This document shows, in pieces, positions 1 through 14,900 of a stretch of 64,000 nt of DNA. Position 1 is the first letter of the stretch, and every line of letters begins with the position of its first letter. A program made the translations under genes and the position numbers. Origin of the DNA: Nemertoderma westbladi (Eukaryota; Animalia; Xenacoelomorpha); NCBI GenBank assembly GCA_032718475.1, contig JAUCBJ010009012.1:1-64000 (forward strand), read 5' to 3'. The notes beneath the pieces are model-generated. The model searched no databases, was not told where the DNA came from, and saw only the letters and a program-made list of their open reading frames with translations.

Positions 1-345
1 AACATATCGGTAGTACATTTACCTAAACAAACATATCGGTTGTACATTTACCTAAACAAACATATCGGTAGTACATTTACCTAAACAAACATATCGGTAG
101 TACATTTACCTAAACAAACATATCGGTTGTACATTTACCTAAACAAACATATCGGTTGTACATTTACCTAAACAAACATATCGGTTGTACATTTACCTAA
201 ACAAACATATCGGTTGTACATTTACCTAAACAAACCTATCGGTTGTACATTTACCTAAACAAACATATCGGTAGTACATTTACCTAAACAAACATATAGG
301 TTGTACATTTACCTAAACAAACATATCGGTAGTACATTTACCTAA
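1..345. repeat. 29-bp satellite, left segment, continuing off the window
   Basis: Tandem AACATATCGGTWGTACATTTACCTAAACA, about 12 units, identical to the main array at 5924-25725. Confidence 0.98.
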
Positions 346-526
346 GGTCATTGGTCAATAAACGTGGCTCAAAGCGTTGCAAAATATTTTTTTTTTATTT
401 CTTACCGAACCTCAATATATTATATACCATTGGAATCGTCTTCTTGAGCTCTTTCCAGATCTGGCCAAAATATATAAATATACTCAAGTCTAAAAGTTTT
501 ATAGGCGAAGTAACGCTAAATGCTAT

Positions 527-830
527 CCAAGGTAGACATCCAAGGTATACATGGGTTCAAGGTATACATTTTTGTGTACCAAGGTATACATTGGTTAAAT
601 TTTCAAGGTATACGTTTTGTGTACCAAGGTATACAATTTGTGTACCAAGGTATACATTTTGTGTACCAAGGTATACATTTTGTGTACCAAGGTATACATT
701 GGTTAAATTTTCAAGGTATACGTTTTGTGTACCAATGTTAGTCTACCAAGGTATACGTGTTGTGTAGCAAGGTAGTGTGCCAAGGTATACGTGTTGTGTA
801 GCAAGGTATTCTTCGTTTGGTGTAACAAGG
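527..830. repeat. ~21-bp internal tandem repeat (CCAAGGTATACATTTTGTGTA) of the Kolobok-like element
   Basis: Visible tandem copies. Inverted GTATACCTTG copies occur at about 4810-5110. Explains ORFs 351-767 and 520-741. Confidence 0.85.
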
Positions 831-1924
831 TAAACATGGGTTCAATCTTTAAGGTATGAGATTTGTGTATCAAGGGTTACGATATTAGTGATTTTGAAAA
901 CAAGTAAATAAGGTAGGCTGTATCTGGGGTCAATATATTCAGTTCAATATTCAGAGTAAGCCTATATGTAATAGTTAAAGTTTCGGGAGACAGATGCACT
1001 GTAACTGAATAATTGATAGACGCGACAAATCGTTACAAATAAACAAATTCAATATGTTCATTAACTTATCAGAATAGTTAACTGAAGCCCCAGATAATCT
1101 GTTCGACTAGTTTGCGTGTTTCATCGCCTCTATGTTTACATGGTGGTGGGGTGGGGGTAGGGGGTCTGCTAAGCTAGTTCCTTTGAAATGCTATGTAAGC
1201 ATGCCTCTCGCGGTTTAGATTTTGGGACTGTAGCAATTTTCGACAGCCTGTTTTTCGTGGCTCTTTGAGGAAGTTTGTCCGGATTAAAATACCTCAGATG
1301 GTTCTTGTTACAGAATTTACCTTGCAGGTAATGAGAACAGTAGCACGAGGTCTTCCTTCTGGGACGGGATCCATTCTATCTGGTGAATTTGTCTCGTGTT
1401 TGGAATGAGTTTAGGTTTAGTTTAGTTAATGTTTCTGGAAGACTATGAGGGCCGAGTAACTCAAAAAATCTTGAGATTGATCTTGAAACTAACCTTGAAT
1501 CTATTTTACTAGTATTCCTATCTGAAATATTTCAAGGTCAACCTTAAGGTAGACTTCAGATTTTCCTCAAGGTAAACTTGACATTTCAAGCCGGTAACAC
1601 AAAATATCTTGACTTGAGTTGAAGTCAAGATTCGAGGTAAATTTCAAGGTAGCCATAGAGGTACCTTCAAATTTCAAGGTATTTTCAAATCAATGTTTCA
1701 GCTGTTAGCTGTAGTCTTCCGCTACCGGTACCGTAAGCGGCATTTTTGCAGATACCCCAGACCCGAAATTTCTAAATAAAACTCAGTTTATCATGAATAT
1801 AATGAATGATACTGTAGCTAGAGTTATACTGTATAGCGGCACTACTACGAGTATGTGTACCCATGACCGGGATTTTTTGATAGTAGCTAGTTTTTGCTAC
1901 TTTTTTTTAAATTTTCTATGTCAA

Positions 1925-2465
1925 ATTAGCTATAGTTTTGTAAAAAAAATGTTCTAGAACAAATATTTTTTGTTCTAGAACATTTAAAAAAATAAATTTA
2001 TTAGAAATTATTTGTTATGTTAATAAATAGTTTAATTATCTATAAACATTAATAGCTACAGTACTAATTATTTTCAAGCTAGCTAGTGATTTTACAAGTT
2101 TAGCTATCATTTAAAAAAAAATTCAGAAATTAATTGTTATGTGTAATAAATTGTTTTTTTTTAAATAATAGCTAACTGGCAAAATCACTAGCTAGCCTGA
2201 ATATTTCTAGCTATTAATGTTTATATGATAATTAAACAATTTATTACACATAACAAATAAATTCTTAAATTTTTTTTTAATGATAGCTAAACTTGGAAAA
2301 TCACTAGCAAGCCTGATAATTTGTATTTTAGATAAATTTTAGATGTTTATAGATAAATAAACTATTTAACATAATAATAACTAATTTTTAATATTTTTTT
2401 TTAATGTTCTAGAACAAAAAATATTTGTTCTGGAACATAATCTTTTTACCTAACAATAGCTATAA
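1925..2465. repeat. AT-rich foldback (long imperfect inverted repeat)
   Basis: About 2075-2156 is the reverse complement of about 2234-2315. The TGTTCTAGAACA palindrome pair at 1950-1983 is mirrored at 2405-2438. Confidence 0.75.
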
Positions 2466-3604
2466 TCTAATATTTTGAATCTAATCACATGAAAGTTTTT
2501 TTATATGATAGATCAAAGATGGGGCAACATAACTATCAGGCGAAATTTTGTGAAAATAATTCTGCACCGCTAGGTGGCGCTGCAAATTTAGGCTAAATTT
2601 TGAGGTTTGTTATAAATAGTATTAAATTTTATTAACAAATAATTTCGAAAAGTTGTCTGATAATTTTATGCAGGGTGGCTATCTAGACACCCACAGGAAG
2701 TTTCAGACAAATTGCTCAAAAATTGTAGAAGTAGTAGGGTTTTGAAGTTGACAATTTCATAAAAACAATATTTGGAGATAATCGACCTTTCATTATACAT
2801 AATGATAGTAATTTCAATAGGAATCCCTAAATGGAAATTGTTATAACTTGAAAACTAAAAGAGCTATTAAATAGCAGTTTTCAGATTTGGAAACACCATT
2901 CAATGGTGCATTATAATAGACCATAAAAAAAATCGACATATTTTTGACCAAAATGGTGTACCCCCCCCCCCCCCCCCCTTAATTGGAAATGAAATTTAGC
3001 CCAAATTCCAGACTTGGAGGCACTTAGGATTTGACTTGGATTTCGAAAGGAATTTACTTGGAAATCGGCGCTTACTTTGATGTCTGGAAGGTGGACTGAC
3101 TCAGACTATGCTTGTGCTGGTCCACTTCTCCTCTATCCTGTCAATCATTAAGTTGTATAGAATGGACTAGACTCAGCCTAAAGTTTGCGTAGTGTTAGTG
3201 TTCAGTTCATTACATTAAGGTATGGTTGTCGATGGAAGATTACACTGCTACTGTACCTTGTATTGCCAGCCTCTGACGTAAATAATATTTAGAATATGAA
3301 CTATAATAGATGAAATCCACACACATCCCATCCGCACATTATAGTTAACGTCCGTGGGCTGGTGGGCTCTGGAATAATTTAAAATCGTATTGAACTTACA
3401 AATAAATGTAGGATCACACTGTATTTATTACTTTTGAACATATTTTGAGTAATAAAGAGTAAAACACAATGTTTATGTAATTATTAATAGAATAAATATT
3501 AGTTTATTTTCATTTATTAGTTTAATTAATAATTAGACAGGGGCTAAAACTGGGCGACTAAATAAATGTTTGAAGTTTTACTGGAGACTATAAGTACTGT
3601 AGGT

Positions 3605-3818
3605 GGTCTCAGGAATTCTTAGCCCGGTGAGTATTCTTAGCCCGTGGGTATTCTTAGCCCGCAAAACAATAACGTTTATTGATTTGGTTCCCCCAATACG
3701 CCTCTGAAACCTGCTCCTTTACTAACCTGCTCCGTTACTAACTCGCAGGCTAAGAATACTCGCGGGCTAAGAATACCCGTGGGTTAAGAATACTCGCGGG
3801 CTAAGAATTCACCCAACC
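3605..3818. mobile_element. MITE with ~18-bp subterminal repeats (GTATTCTTAGCCCGCGAG)
   Basis: Inverted arms GAATTCTTAGCCCG and CGGGCTAAGAATTC. Flanks CTGTAGGT and ATGTAGGT give an 8-bp TSD with one mismatch, or a 6-bp TGTAGG TSD if the ends are TG..CA. Confidence 0.75.
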
Positions 3819-5923
3819 ATGTAGGTGTATGTTGTTTTGAGTATGGCAACTAATGTCTGGGAATAACAAAGTGTTTCCATAGGCTTCCCCTCTAACATTT
3901 CTGGTCGAGTATATCTCCAATACTTTTATCTAAGAAGATATTAATATCAGCTCTAACAAGTACAGTATTAATAAAATAATACAAAATAATAATACAAAAT
4001 TTTAAACAATTATTCAAGTTTACACCTGGATTCCAACCACACATTTACAACTGATTACGAACGACTATTCATTGTAAATTAGTGAACAGATTAATGACAA
4101 CATACTGTAAAGAAATAGAATGCTCAGTAATATCACATTGTGCGTTTTAGTCCAATACTGTATGTCCCAATCAAAATCCTAATTCCTAATTTTAGGAATT
4201 AGGAATCGAAATCCTAATTTTAGTTTAAGTACTACTGTACATTGCTCACCCTCACAACCATGATTATATTTCCCAGATACAGTATGTCACTTCGATATAC
4301 TGTATAGGCCAAACTGTTGTGGTCAGTAAACTATGTACTGCCTGTAATCTGTTTAGAAGGTGCGTGGTTTTATCGAAATTACAATTGCCAAAGTGTTTCA
4401 ACAGTGTGTTTAACGCTTTAACGTACTGTATTGAGTAGGCCTACTGTATATTATTGCAGGTATACACAATGGGATTCACTGCATAACCTAGGCAACTGCT
4501 GAAATAAACAAATACTTCTTCCATCTTTAATACTCAAGGTGAGCCTTGAAATTTCAAGTATCACCTTGACTAAGTATTGCTTTGAGTTACCCGCTTGACT
4601 GAAACTCAAGAAAATCTTAGTCAAGGTAAAACTTGAGTTTCAAGGTGACCTTGAAGTGAATTTCAAGGTCAATCTCAAGATTTTTTGAGTTACTCGGCCC
4701 AGGTTCACCCTTCAAATCGACCAGCGAAATGATCGAGAAATGGCAACTGGTTATATTATCTTTTGCGAATGATTGGAACGAATGGATTGAATGGAAATGA
4801 ATGGATTGTATTGTATACCTTGGAGTGGTTGTCCCCATTGTTTATATCGTATAGGGGCTGTTAAACGCCTATGTACCGTTTATTAATTGTTCTAAGTTGT
4901 TGTTGAAGCCTGGCCCCATTATGTATATCGTATTGGGGCTGTTAAACGCCTACCGTGTATTAATTGTATTGTATACCTTGAATACATTGTAGAAGCTTGG
5001 CGTGTTGCTGTCCAATTGTTTATCACACTGATAGGGTATACCTTGAACATTATAATATGTATAATAAGCTAAAACTGTCTACCTTGGTATAAAAATGTCT
5101 ACCTTGGAACGAACAAACTCTTTCACTTCCAAGGGATACAAATTCCAAGGGATACCGTCTTATACCAAGGTATACCAATATACTGCAGTATCATAGAAAC
5201 GGGAAGGGCAGCGACAATTTATCTTAGCCAACACAAAGGGCTCTATAGAAGTAATAAAAATTGTAAGTGCCGATATAAACCCGTTCGTTTGTAGAAAATG
5301 ACAGGCAGTCAAAGTTATGTTCCAAGGGTATACATATTTATCCAAAATCGTGTCCTACCCTCCTTAAACAGATTGTGTGGTCAAATTGCAGGAAGTAGGA
5401 GGGTCGAATAGATATAATTTGGGAAGCAGAATCAATACTCATTACAATAAATGTTTATTTGGCGGCATTCCGACACCATGTAAACAGTCTGTAGATGTTG
5501 TTTTTACACTATTTTTTTTAAGAAAAAAGTGAAATTCTATATAGTTTACTATGCTAGACGTTATTTTAAGCCATGGGTCATGTTTATGTTCCCTTTGTGA
5601 TTAAATGAAGAAGCAACGTCCACTCTATCGATTGGTATATAGTATTGGCCAAGATATTCAAGTCATATTTTTGTGTGGCAGCTTATTTCATGGGGACTAT
5701 ATTTTGCAACGCCCAAGGTAGACACCAAGGTATACATTTTTATGACTTGACTTCTTGTAGTGAAAATACAATATTAGTGTGCAACTCAGATTTTATCTAT
5801 GTTGTAGAGCTCGCTCTAAGCTTCCAAACGAGCCCTCAACCATTAAAATCGGTTGATGTAAACTGGATTTATAAGCAAAAGTGTGAATTTGCAAAAATGT
5901 GCCATCCTTACTGACCAATGACC

Positions 5924-8900
5924 CTAAACAAACATATCGGTTGTACATTTACCTAAACAAACCTATCGGTTGTACATTTACCTAAACAAACATATCGGTA
6001 GTACATTTACCTAAACAAACATATCGGTAGTACATTTACCTAAACAAACATATCGGTTGTACATTTACCTAAACAAACATATCGGTTGTACATTTACCTA
6101 AACAAACATATCGGTAGTACATTTACCTAAACAAACATATCTGTAGTACATTTACCTAAACAAACATATCGGTAGTACATTTACCTAAACAAACATATCG
6201 GTTGTACATTTACCTAAACAAACATATCGGTTGTACATTTACCTAAACAAACATATCGGTAGTACATTTACCTAAACAAACATATCGGTAGTACATTTAC
6301 CTAAACAAACATATCGGTAGTACATTTACCTAAACAAACATATCGGTAGTACATTTACCTAAACAAACATATCGGTAGTACATTTACCTAAACAAACATA
6401 TCGGTAGTACATTTACCTAAACAAACATATCGGTAGTACATTTACCTAAACAAACATATCGGTAGTACATTTACGTAAACAAACATATCGGTAGTACATT
6501 TACCTAAACAAACATATCGGTAGTACATTTACCTAAACAAACATATCGGTAGTACATTTACCTAAACAAACATATCTGTAGTACATTTACCTAAACAAAC
6601 ATATCGGTAGTACATTTACCTAAACAAACCTATCGGTTGTACATTTACCTAAACAAACATATCGGTTGTACATTTACCTAAACAAACATATCGGTAGTAC
6701 ATTTACCTAAACAAACATATCGGTAGTATATTTACCTAAACAAACATATCGGTAGTACATTTACCTAAACAAACATATCTGTAGTACATTTACCTAAACA
6801 AACATATCGGTTGTACATTTACCTAAACAAACATATCGGTTGTACATTTACCTAAACAAACATATCGGTTGTACATTTACCTAAACAAACATATCGGTTG
6901 TACATTTACCTAAACAAACCTATCGGTAGTACATTTACCTAAACAAACATATCGGTAGTACATTTACCTAAACAAACATATCTGTAGTACATTTACCTAA
7001 ACAAACATATCGGTTGTACATTTACCTAAACAAACCTATCGGTTGTACATTTACCTAAACAAACATATCGGTTGTACATTTACGTAAACAAACATATCTG
7101 TAGTACATTTACCTAAACAAACATATCGGTAGTACATTTACCTAAACAAACATATCGGTTGTACATTTACCTAAACAAACATATCGGTAGTACATTTACC
7201 TAAACAAACATATCGGTATCGGTTGTACATTTACCTAAACAAACATATCGGTAGTACATTTACCTAAACAAACATATCGGTAGTACATTTACCTAAACAA
7301 ACATATCGGTAGTACATTTACCTAAACAAACATATCGGTTGTACATTTACCTAAACAAACCTATCGGTAGTACATTTACCTAAACAAACATATCGGTTGT
7401 ACATTTACCTAAACAAACATATCGGTAGTACATTTACCTAAACAAACATATCGGTAGTACATTTACCTAAACAAACATATCGGTAGTACATTTACCTAAA
7501 CAAACATATCGGTTGTACATTTACCTAAACAAACCTATCGGTTGTACATTTACCTAAACAAACATATCGGTTGTACATTTACCTAAACAAACCTATCGGT
7601 AGTACATTTACCTAAACAAACATATCGGTTGTACATTTACCTAAACAAACATATCGGTTGTACATTTACCTAAACAAACATATCGGTAGTACATTTACCT
7701 AAACAAACATATCGGTATCGGTTGTACATTTACCTAAACAAACATATCGGTAGTACATTTACCTAAACAAACATATCGGTAGTACATTTACCTAAACAAA
7801 CATATCGGTAGTACATTTACCTAAACAAACATATCGGTTGTACATTTACCTAAACAAACCTATCGGTAGTACATTTACCTAAACAAACATATCGGTTGTA
7901 CATTTACCTAAACAAACATATCGGTAGTACATTTACCTAAACAAACATATCGGTAGTACATTTACCTAAACAAACATATCGGTAGTACATTTACCTAAAC
8001 AAACATATCGGTTGTACATTTACCTAAACAAACCTATCGGTTGTACATTTACCTAAACAAACATATCGGTTGTACATTTACCTAAACAAACCTATCGGTA
8101 GTACATTTACCTAAACAAACATATCGGTTGTACATTTACCTAAACAAACATATCAGTAGTACATTTACCTAAACAAACATATCGGTAGTACATTTACCTA
8201 AACAAACATATCGGTAGTACATTAACCTAAACAAACATATCGGTTGTACATTTACCTAAACAAACATATCGGTAGTACATTTACCTAAACAAACATATCG
8301 GTATCGGTTGTACATTTACCTAAACAAACATATCGGTAGTACATTTACCTAAACAAACATATCGGTAGTACATTTACCTAAACAAACATATCGGATCGGT
8401 AGTACATTTACCTAAACAAACATATCGGTAGTACATTTACCTAAACAAACATATCGGTAGTACATTTACCTAAACAAACATATCGGTAGTACATTTACCT
8501 AAACAAACATATCGGATCGGTAGTACATTTACCTAAACAAACATATCGGTAGTACATTTACCTAAACAAACATATCTGTAGTACATTTACGTAAACAAAC
8601 ATATCGGTAGTACATTTACCTAAACAAACATATCGGTTGTACATTTACCTAAACAAACATATCGGTTGTACATTTACCTAAACAAACCTATCGGTTGTAC
8701 ATTTACCTAAACAAACATATCAGTAGTACATTTACCTAAACAAACATATCGGTTGTACATTTACCTAAACAAACATATCGGTTGTACATTTACCTAAACA
8801 AACATATCGGTAGTACATTTACCTAAACAAACATATCGGTAGTACATTTACCTAAACAAACATATCGGTAGTACATTTACCTAAACAAACATATCGGTAG

Positions 8901-11900
8901 TACATTTACGTAAACAAACATATCGGTAGTACATTTACCTAAACAAACATATCGGTAGTACATTTACCTAAACAAACATATCGGTAGTACATTTACCTAA
9001 ACAAACATATCTGTAGTACATTTACCTAAACAAACATATCGGTAGTACATTTACCTAAACAAACCTATCGGTTGTACATTTACCTAAACAAACATATCGG
9101 TTGTACATTTACCTAAACAAACATATCGGTAGTACATTTACCTAAACAAACATATCGGTAGTATATTTACCTAAACAAACATATCGGTAGTACATTTACC
9201 TAAACAAACATATCTGTAGTACATTTACCTAAACAAACATATCGGTTGTACATTTACCTAAACAAACATATCGGTTGTACATTTACCTAAACAAACATAT
9301 CGGTTGTACATTTACCTAAACAAACATATCGGTTGTACATTTACCTAAACAAACCTATCGGTAGTACATTTACCTAAACAAACATATCGGTAGTACATTT
9401 ACCTAAACAAACATATCTGTAGTACATTTACCTAAACAAACATATCGGTTGTACATTTACCTAAACAAACCTATCGGTTGTACATTTACCTAAACAAACA
9501 TATCGGTTGTACATTTACGTAAACAAACATATCTGTAGTACATTTACCTAAACAAACATATCGGTAGTACATTTACCTAAACAAACATATCGGTTGTACA
9601 TTTACCTAAACAAACATATCGGTAGTACATTTACCTAAACAAACATATCGGTATCGGTTGTACATTTACCTAAACAAACATATCGGTAGTACATTTACCT
9701 AAACAAACATATCGGTAGTACATTTACCTAAACAAACATATCGGTAGTACATTTACCTAAACAAACATATCGGTTGTACATTTACCTAAACAAACCTATC
9801 GGTAGTACATTTACCTAAACAAACATATCGGTTGTACATTTACCTAAACAAACATATCGGTAGTACATTTACCTAAACAAACATATCGGTAGTACATTTA
9901 CCTAAACAAACATATCGGTAGTACATTTACCTAAACAAACATATCGGTTGTACATTTACCTAAACAAACCTATCGGTTGTACATTTACCTAAACAAACAT
10001 ATCGGTTGTACATTTACCTAAACAAACCTATCGGTAGTACATTTACCTAAACAAACATATCGGTTGTACATTTACCTAAACAAACATATCGGTTGTACAT
10101 TTACCTAAACAAACATATCGGTAGTACATTTACCTAAACAAACATATCGGTATCGGTTGTACATTTACCTAAACAAACATATCGGTAGTACATTTACCTA
10201 AACAAACATATCGGTAGTACATTTACCTAAACAAACATATCGGTAGTACATTTACCTAAACAAACATATCGGTTGTACATTTACCTAAACAAACCTATCG
10301 GTAGTACATTTACCTAAACAAACATATCGGTTGTACATTTACCTAAACAAACATATCGGTAGTACATTTACCTAAACAAACATATCGGTAGTACATTTAC
10401 CTAAACAAACATATCGGTAGTACATTTACCTAAACAAACATATCGGTTGTACATTTACCTAAACAAACCTATCGGTTGTACATTTACCTAAACAAACATA
10501 TCGGTTGTACATTTACCTAAACAAACATATCGGTAGTACATTTACCTAAACAAACATATCGGTTGTACATTTACCTAAACAAACATATCGGTAGTACATT
10601 TACCTAAACAAACATATCGGTAGTACATTTACCTAAACAAACATATCGGTAGTACATTTACCTAAACAAACATATCGGTTGTACATTTACCTAAACAAAC
10701 ATATCGGTAGTACATTTACCTAAACAAACATATCGGTATCGGTTGTACATTTACCTAAACAAACATATCGGTAGTACATTTACCTAAACAAACATATCGG
10801 TAGTACATTTACCTAAACAAACATATCGGATCGGTAGTACATTTACCTAAACAAACATATCGGTAGTACATTTACCTAAACAAACATATCGGTAGTACAT
10901 TTACCTAAACAAACATATCGGTAGTACATTTACCTAAACAAACATATCGGATCGGTAGTACATTTACCTAAACAAACATATCGGTAGTACATTTACCTAA
11001 ACAAACATATCTGTAGTACATTTACGTAAACAAACATATCGGTAGTACATTTACCTAAACAAACATATCGGTTGTACATTTACCTAAACAAACATATCGG
11101 TTGTACATTTACCTAAACAAACCTATCGGTTGTACATTTACCTAAACAAACATATCAGTAGTACATTTACCTAAACAAACATATCGGTTGTACATTTACC
11201 TAAACAAACATATCGGTTGTACATTTACCTAAACAAACATATCGGTTGTACATTTACCTAAACAAACCTATCGGTTGTACATTTACCTAAACAAACATAT
11301 CAGTAGTACATTTACCTAAACAAACATATCGGTTGTACATTTACCTAAACAAACATATCGGTTGTACATTTACCTAAACAAACATATCGGTTGTACATTT
11401 ACCTAAACAAACCTATCGGTTGTACATTTACCTAAACAAACATATCAGTAGTACATTTACCTAAACAAACATATCGGTAGTACATTTACCTAAACAAACA
11501 TATCGGTTGTACATTTACCTAAACAAACATATCGGTAGTACATTTACCTAAACAAACATATCGGTAGTACATTTACCTAAACAAACATATCGGTTGTACA
11601 TTTACCTAAACAAACATATCGGTTGTACATTTACCTAAACAAACATATCGGTTGTACATTTACCTAAACAAACATATCGGTTGTACATTTACCTAAACAA
11701 ACATATCGGTTGTACATTTACCTAAACAAACCTATCGGTTGTACATTTACCTAAACAAACATATCAGTAGTACATTTACCTAAACAAACATATCGGTTGT
11801 ACATTTACCTAAACAAACATATCGGTTGTACATTTACCTAAACAAACATATCGGTTGTACATTTACCTAAAGAAACCTATCGGTTGTACATTTACCTAAA

Positions 11901-14900
11901 CAAACATATCAGTAGTACATTTACCTAAACAAACATATCGGTAGTACATTTACCTAAACAAACATATCGGTTGTACATTTACCTAAACAAACATATCGGT
12001 AGTACATTTACCTAAACAAACATATCGGTAGTACATTTACCTAAACAAACATATCGGTTGTACATTTACCTAAACAAACATATCGGTTGTACATTTACCT
12101 AAACAAACATATCGGTTGTACATTTACCTAAACAAACATATCGGTTGTACATTTACCTAAACAAACCTATCGGTTGTACATTTACCTAAACAAACATATC
12201 GGTAGTACATTTACCTAAACAAACATATCGGTTGTACATTTACCTAAACAAACATATCGGTTGTACATTTACCTAAACAAACCTATCGGTTGTACATTTA
12301 CCTAAACAAACATATCAGTAGTACATTTACCTAAACAAACATATCGGTAGTACATTTACCTAAACAAACATATCGGTTGTACATTTACCTAAACAAACAT
12401 ATCGGTAGTACATTTACCTAAACAAACATATCGGTAGTACATTTACCTAAACAAACATATCGGTTGTACATTTACCTAAACAAACATATCGGTTGTACAT
12501 TTACCTAAACAAACATATCGGTTGTACATTTACCTAAACAAACATATCGGTTGTACATTTACCTAAACAAACATATCGGTTGTACATTTACCTAAACAAA
12601 CCTATCGGTTGTACATTTACCTAAACAAACATATCAGTAGTACATTTACCTAAACAAACATATCGGTTGTACATTTACCTAAACAAACATATCGGTTGTA
12701 CATTTACCTAAACAAACATATCGGTTGTACATTTACCTAAAGAAACCTATCGGTTGTACATTTACCTAAACAAACATATCAGTAGTACATTTACCTAAAC
12801 AAACATATCGGTAGTACATTTACCTAAACAAACATATCGGTTGTACATTTACCTAAACAAACATATCGGTAGTACATTTACCTAAACAAACATATCGGTA
12901 GTACATTTACCTAAACAAACATATCGGTTGTACATTTACCTAAACAAACATATCGGTTGTACATTTACCTAAACAAACATATCGGTTGTACATTTACCTA
13001 AACAAACATATCGGTTGTACATTTACCTAAACAAACCTATCGGTTGTACATTTACCTAAACAAACATATCGGTAGTACATTTACCTAAACAAACATATCG
13101 GTAGTACATTTACCTAAACAAACATATCGGTTGTACATTTACCTAAACAAACCTATCGGTTGTACATTTACCTAAACAAACATATCGGTAGTACATTTAC
13201 CTAAACAAACATATCGGTTGTACATTTACCTAAACAAACATATCGGTAGTACATTTACCTAAACAAACATATCGGTAGTACATTTACCTAAACAAACATA
13301 TCGGTAGTACATTTACCTAAACAAACATATCGGTAGTACATTTACCTAAACAAACATATCGGTTGTACATTTACCTAAACAAACATATCTGTAGTACATT
13401 TACCTAAACAATCATATCGGTAGTACATTTACCTAAACAAACATATCGGTTGTACATTTACCTAAACAAACATATCGGTTGTACATTTACCTAAACAAAC
13501 ATATCGGTAGTACATTTACCTAAACAAACATATCGGTTGTACATTTACCTAAACAAACATATCGGTTGTACATTTACCTAAACAAACATATCGGATCGGT
13601 AGTACATTTACCTAAACAAACATATCGGTTGTACATTTACCTAAACAAACCTATCGGTTGTACATTTACCTAAACAAACATATCGGTAGTACATTTACCT
13701 AAACAAACATATCGGTAGTACATTTACCTAAACAAACATATCTGTAGTACATTTACCTAAACAAACATATCGGTTGTACATTTACCTAAACAAACCTATC
13801 GGTTGTACATTTACCTAAACAAACATATCGGTTGTACATTTACGTAAACAAACATATCTGTAGTACATTTACCTAAACAAACATATCGGTAGTACATTTA
13901 CCTAAACAAACATATCGGTTGTACATTTACCTAAACAAACATATCGGTAGTACATTTACCTAAACAAACATATCGGTATCGGTTGTACATTTACCTAAAC
14001 AAACATATCGGTAGTACATTTACCTAAACAAACATATCGGTAGTACATTTACCTAAACAAACATATCGGTAGTACATTTACCTAAACAAACATATCGGTT
14101 GTACATTTACCTAAACAAACCTATCGGTAGTACATTTACCTAAACAAACATATCGGTAGTACATTTACCTAAACAAACATATCGGTTGTACATTTACCTA
14201 AACAAACATATCGGTAGTACATTTACCTAAACAAACATATCGGTAGTACATTTACCTAAACAAACATATCGGTAGTACATTTACCTAAACAAACATATCG
14301 GTTGTACATTTACCTAAACAAACATATCGGTAGTCCGTAGTACATTTACCTAAACAAACATATCGGTTGTACATTTACCTAAACAAACATATCGGTAGTA
14401 CATTTACCTAAACAAACATATCGGTTGTACATTTACCTAAACAAACATATCGGTTGTACATTTACCTAAACAATCATATCGGTTGTACATTTACCTAAAC
14501 AAACATATCGGTAGTACATTTACCTAAACAAACATATCGGTTGTACATTTACCTAAACAAACATATCGGTTGTACATTTACCTAAACAAACATATCGGTT
14601 GTACATTTACCTAAACAATCATATCGGTTGTACATTTACCTAAACAAACATATCGGTAGTACATTTACCTAAACAAACATATCGGTAGTCCGTAGTACAT
14701 TTACCTAAACAAACATATCGGTTGTACATTTACCTAAACAAACATATCGGTAGTACATTTACCTAAACAAACATATCGGTTGTACATTTACCTAAACAAA
14801 CATATCGGTAGTACATTTACCTAAACAAACATATCGGATCGGTAGTACATTTACCTAAACAAACATATCGGTTGTACATTTACCTAAACAAACATATCGG

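Larger units (their letters stand above)
1449..4700. mobile_element. Nested non-autonomous TIR element with GGGCC termini (PIF/Harbinger-like)
   Basis: 40-bp TIRs matching 39/40: GGGCCGAGTAACTCAAAAAATCTTGAGATTGA(T/C)CTTGAAA at 1449-1488 and 4661-4700. Subterminal TCAAG(GT) repeats. Flanks TGA and AGG do not form a clean TSD. Confidence 0.7.
346..5923. mobile_element. Non-autonomous DNA transposon, Kolobok-like, inserted in the satellite
   Basis: TIRs GGTCATTGGTCA(A/G)TAA at 346-361 and 5908-5923. 4-bp TSD CTAA (342-345 and 5924-5927), a TTAA-like target with RR..YY termini. The satellite resumes in register. No transposase ORF. The superfamily is inferred from termini and TSD only. Confidence 0.8.

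Noticed and set aside
351-767. ORFs with repeated CVPRYTF
   Set aside because: Translation of the 21-bp transposon-internal repeat.
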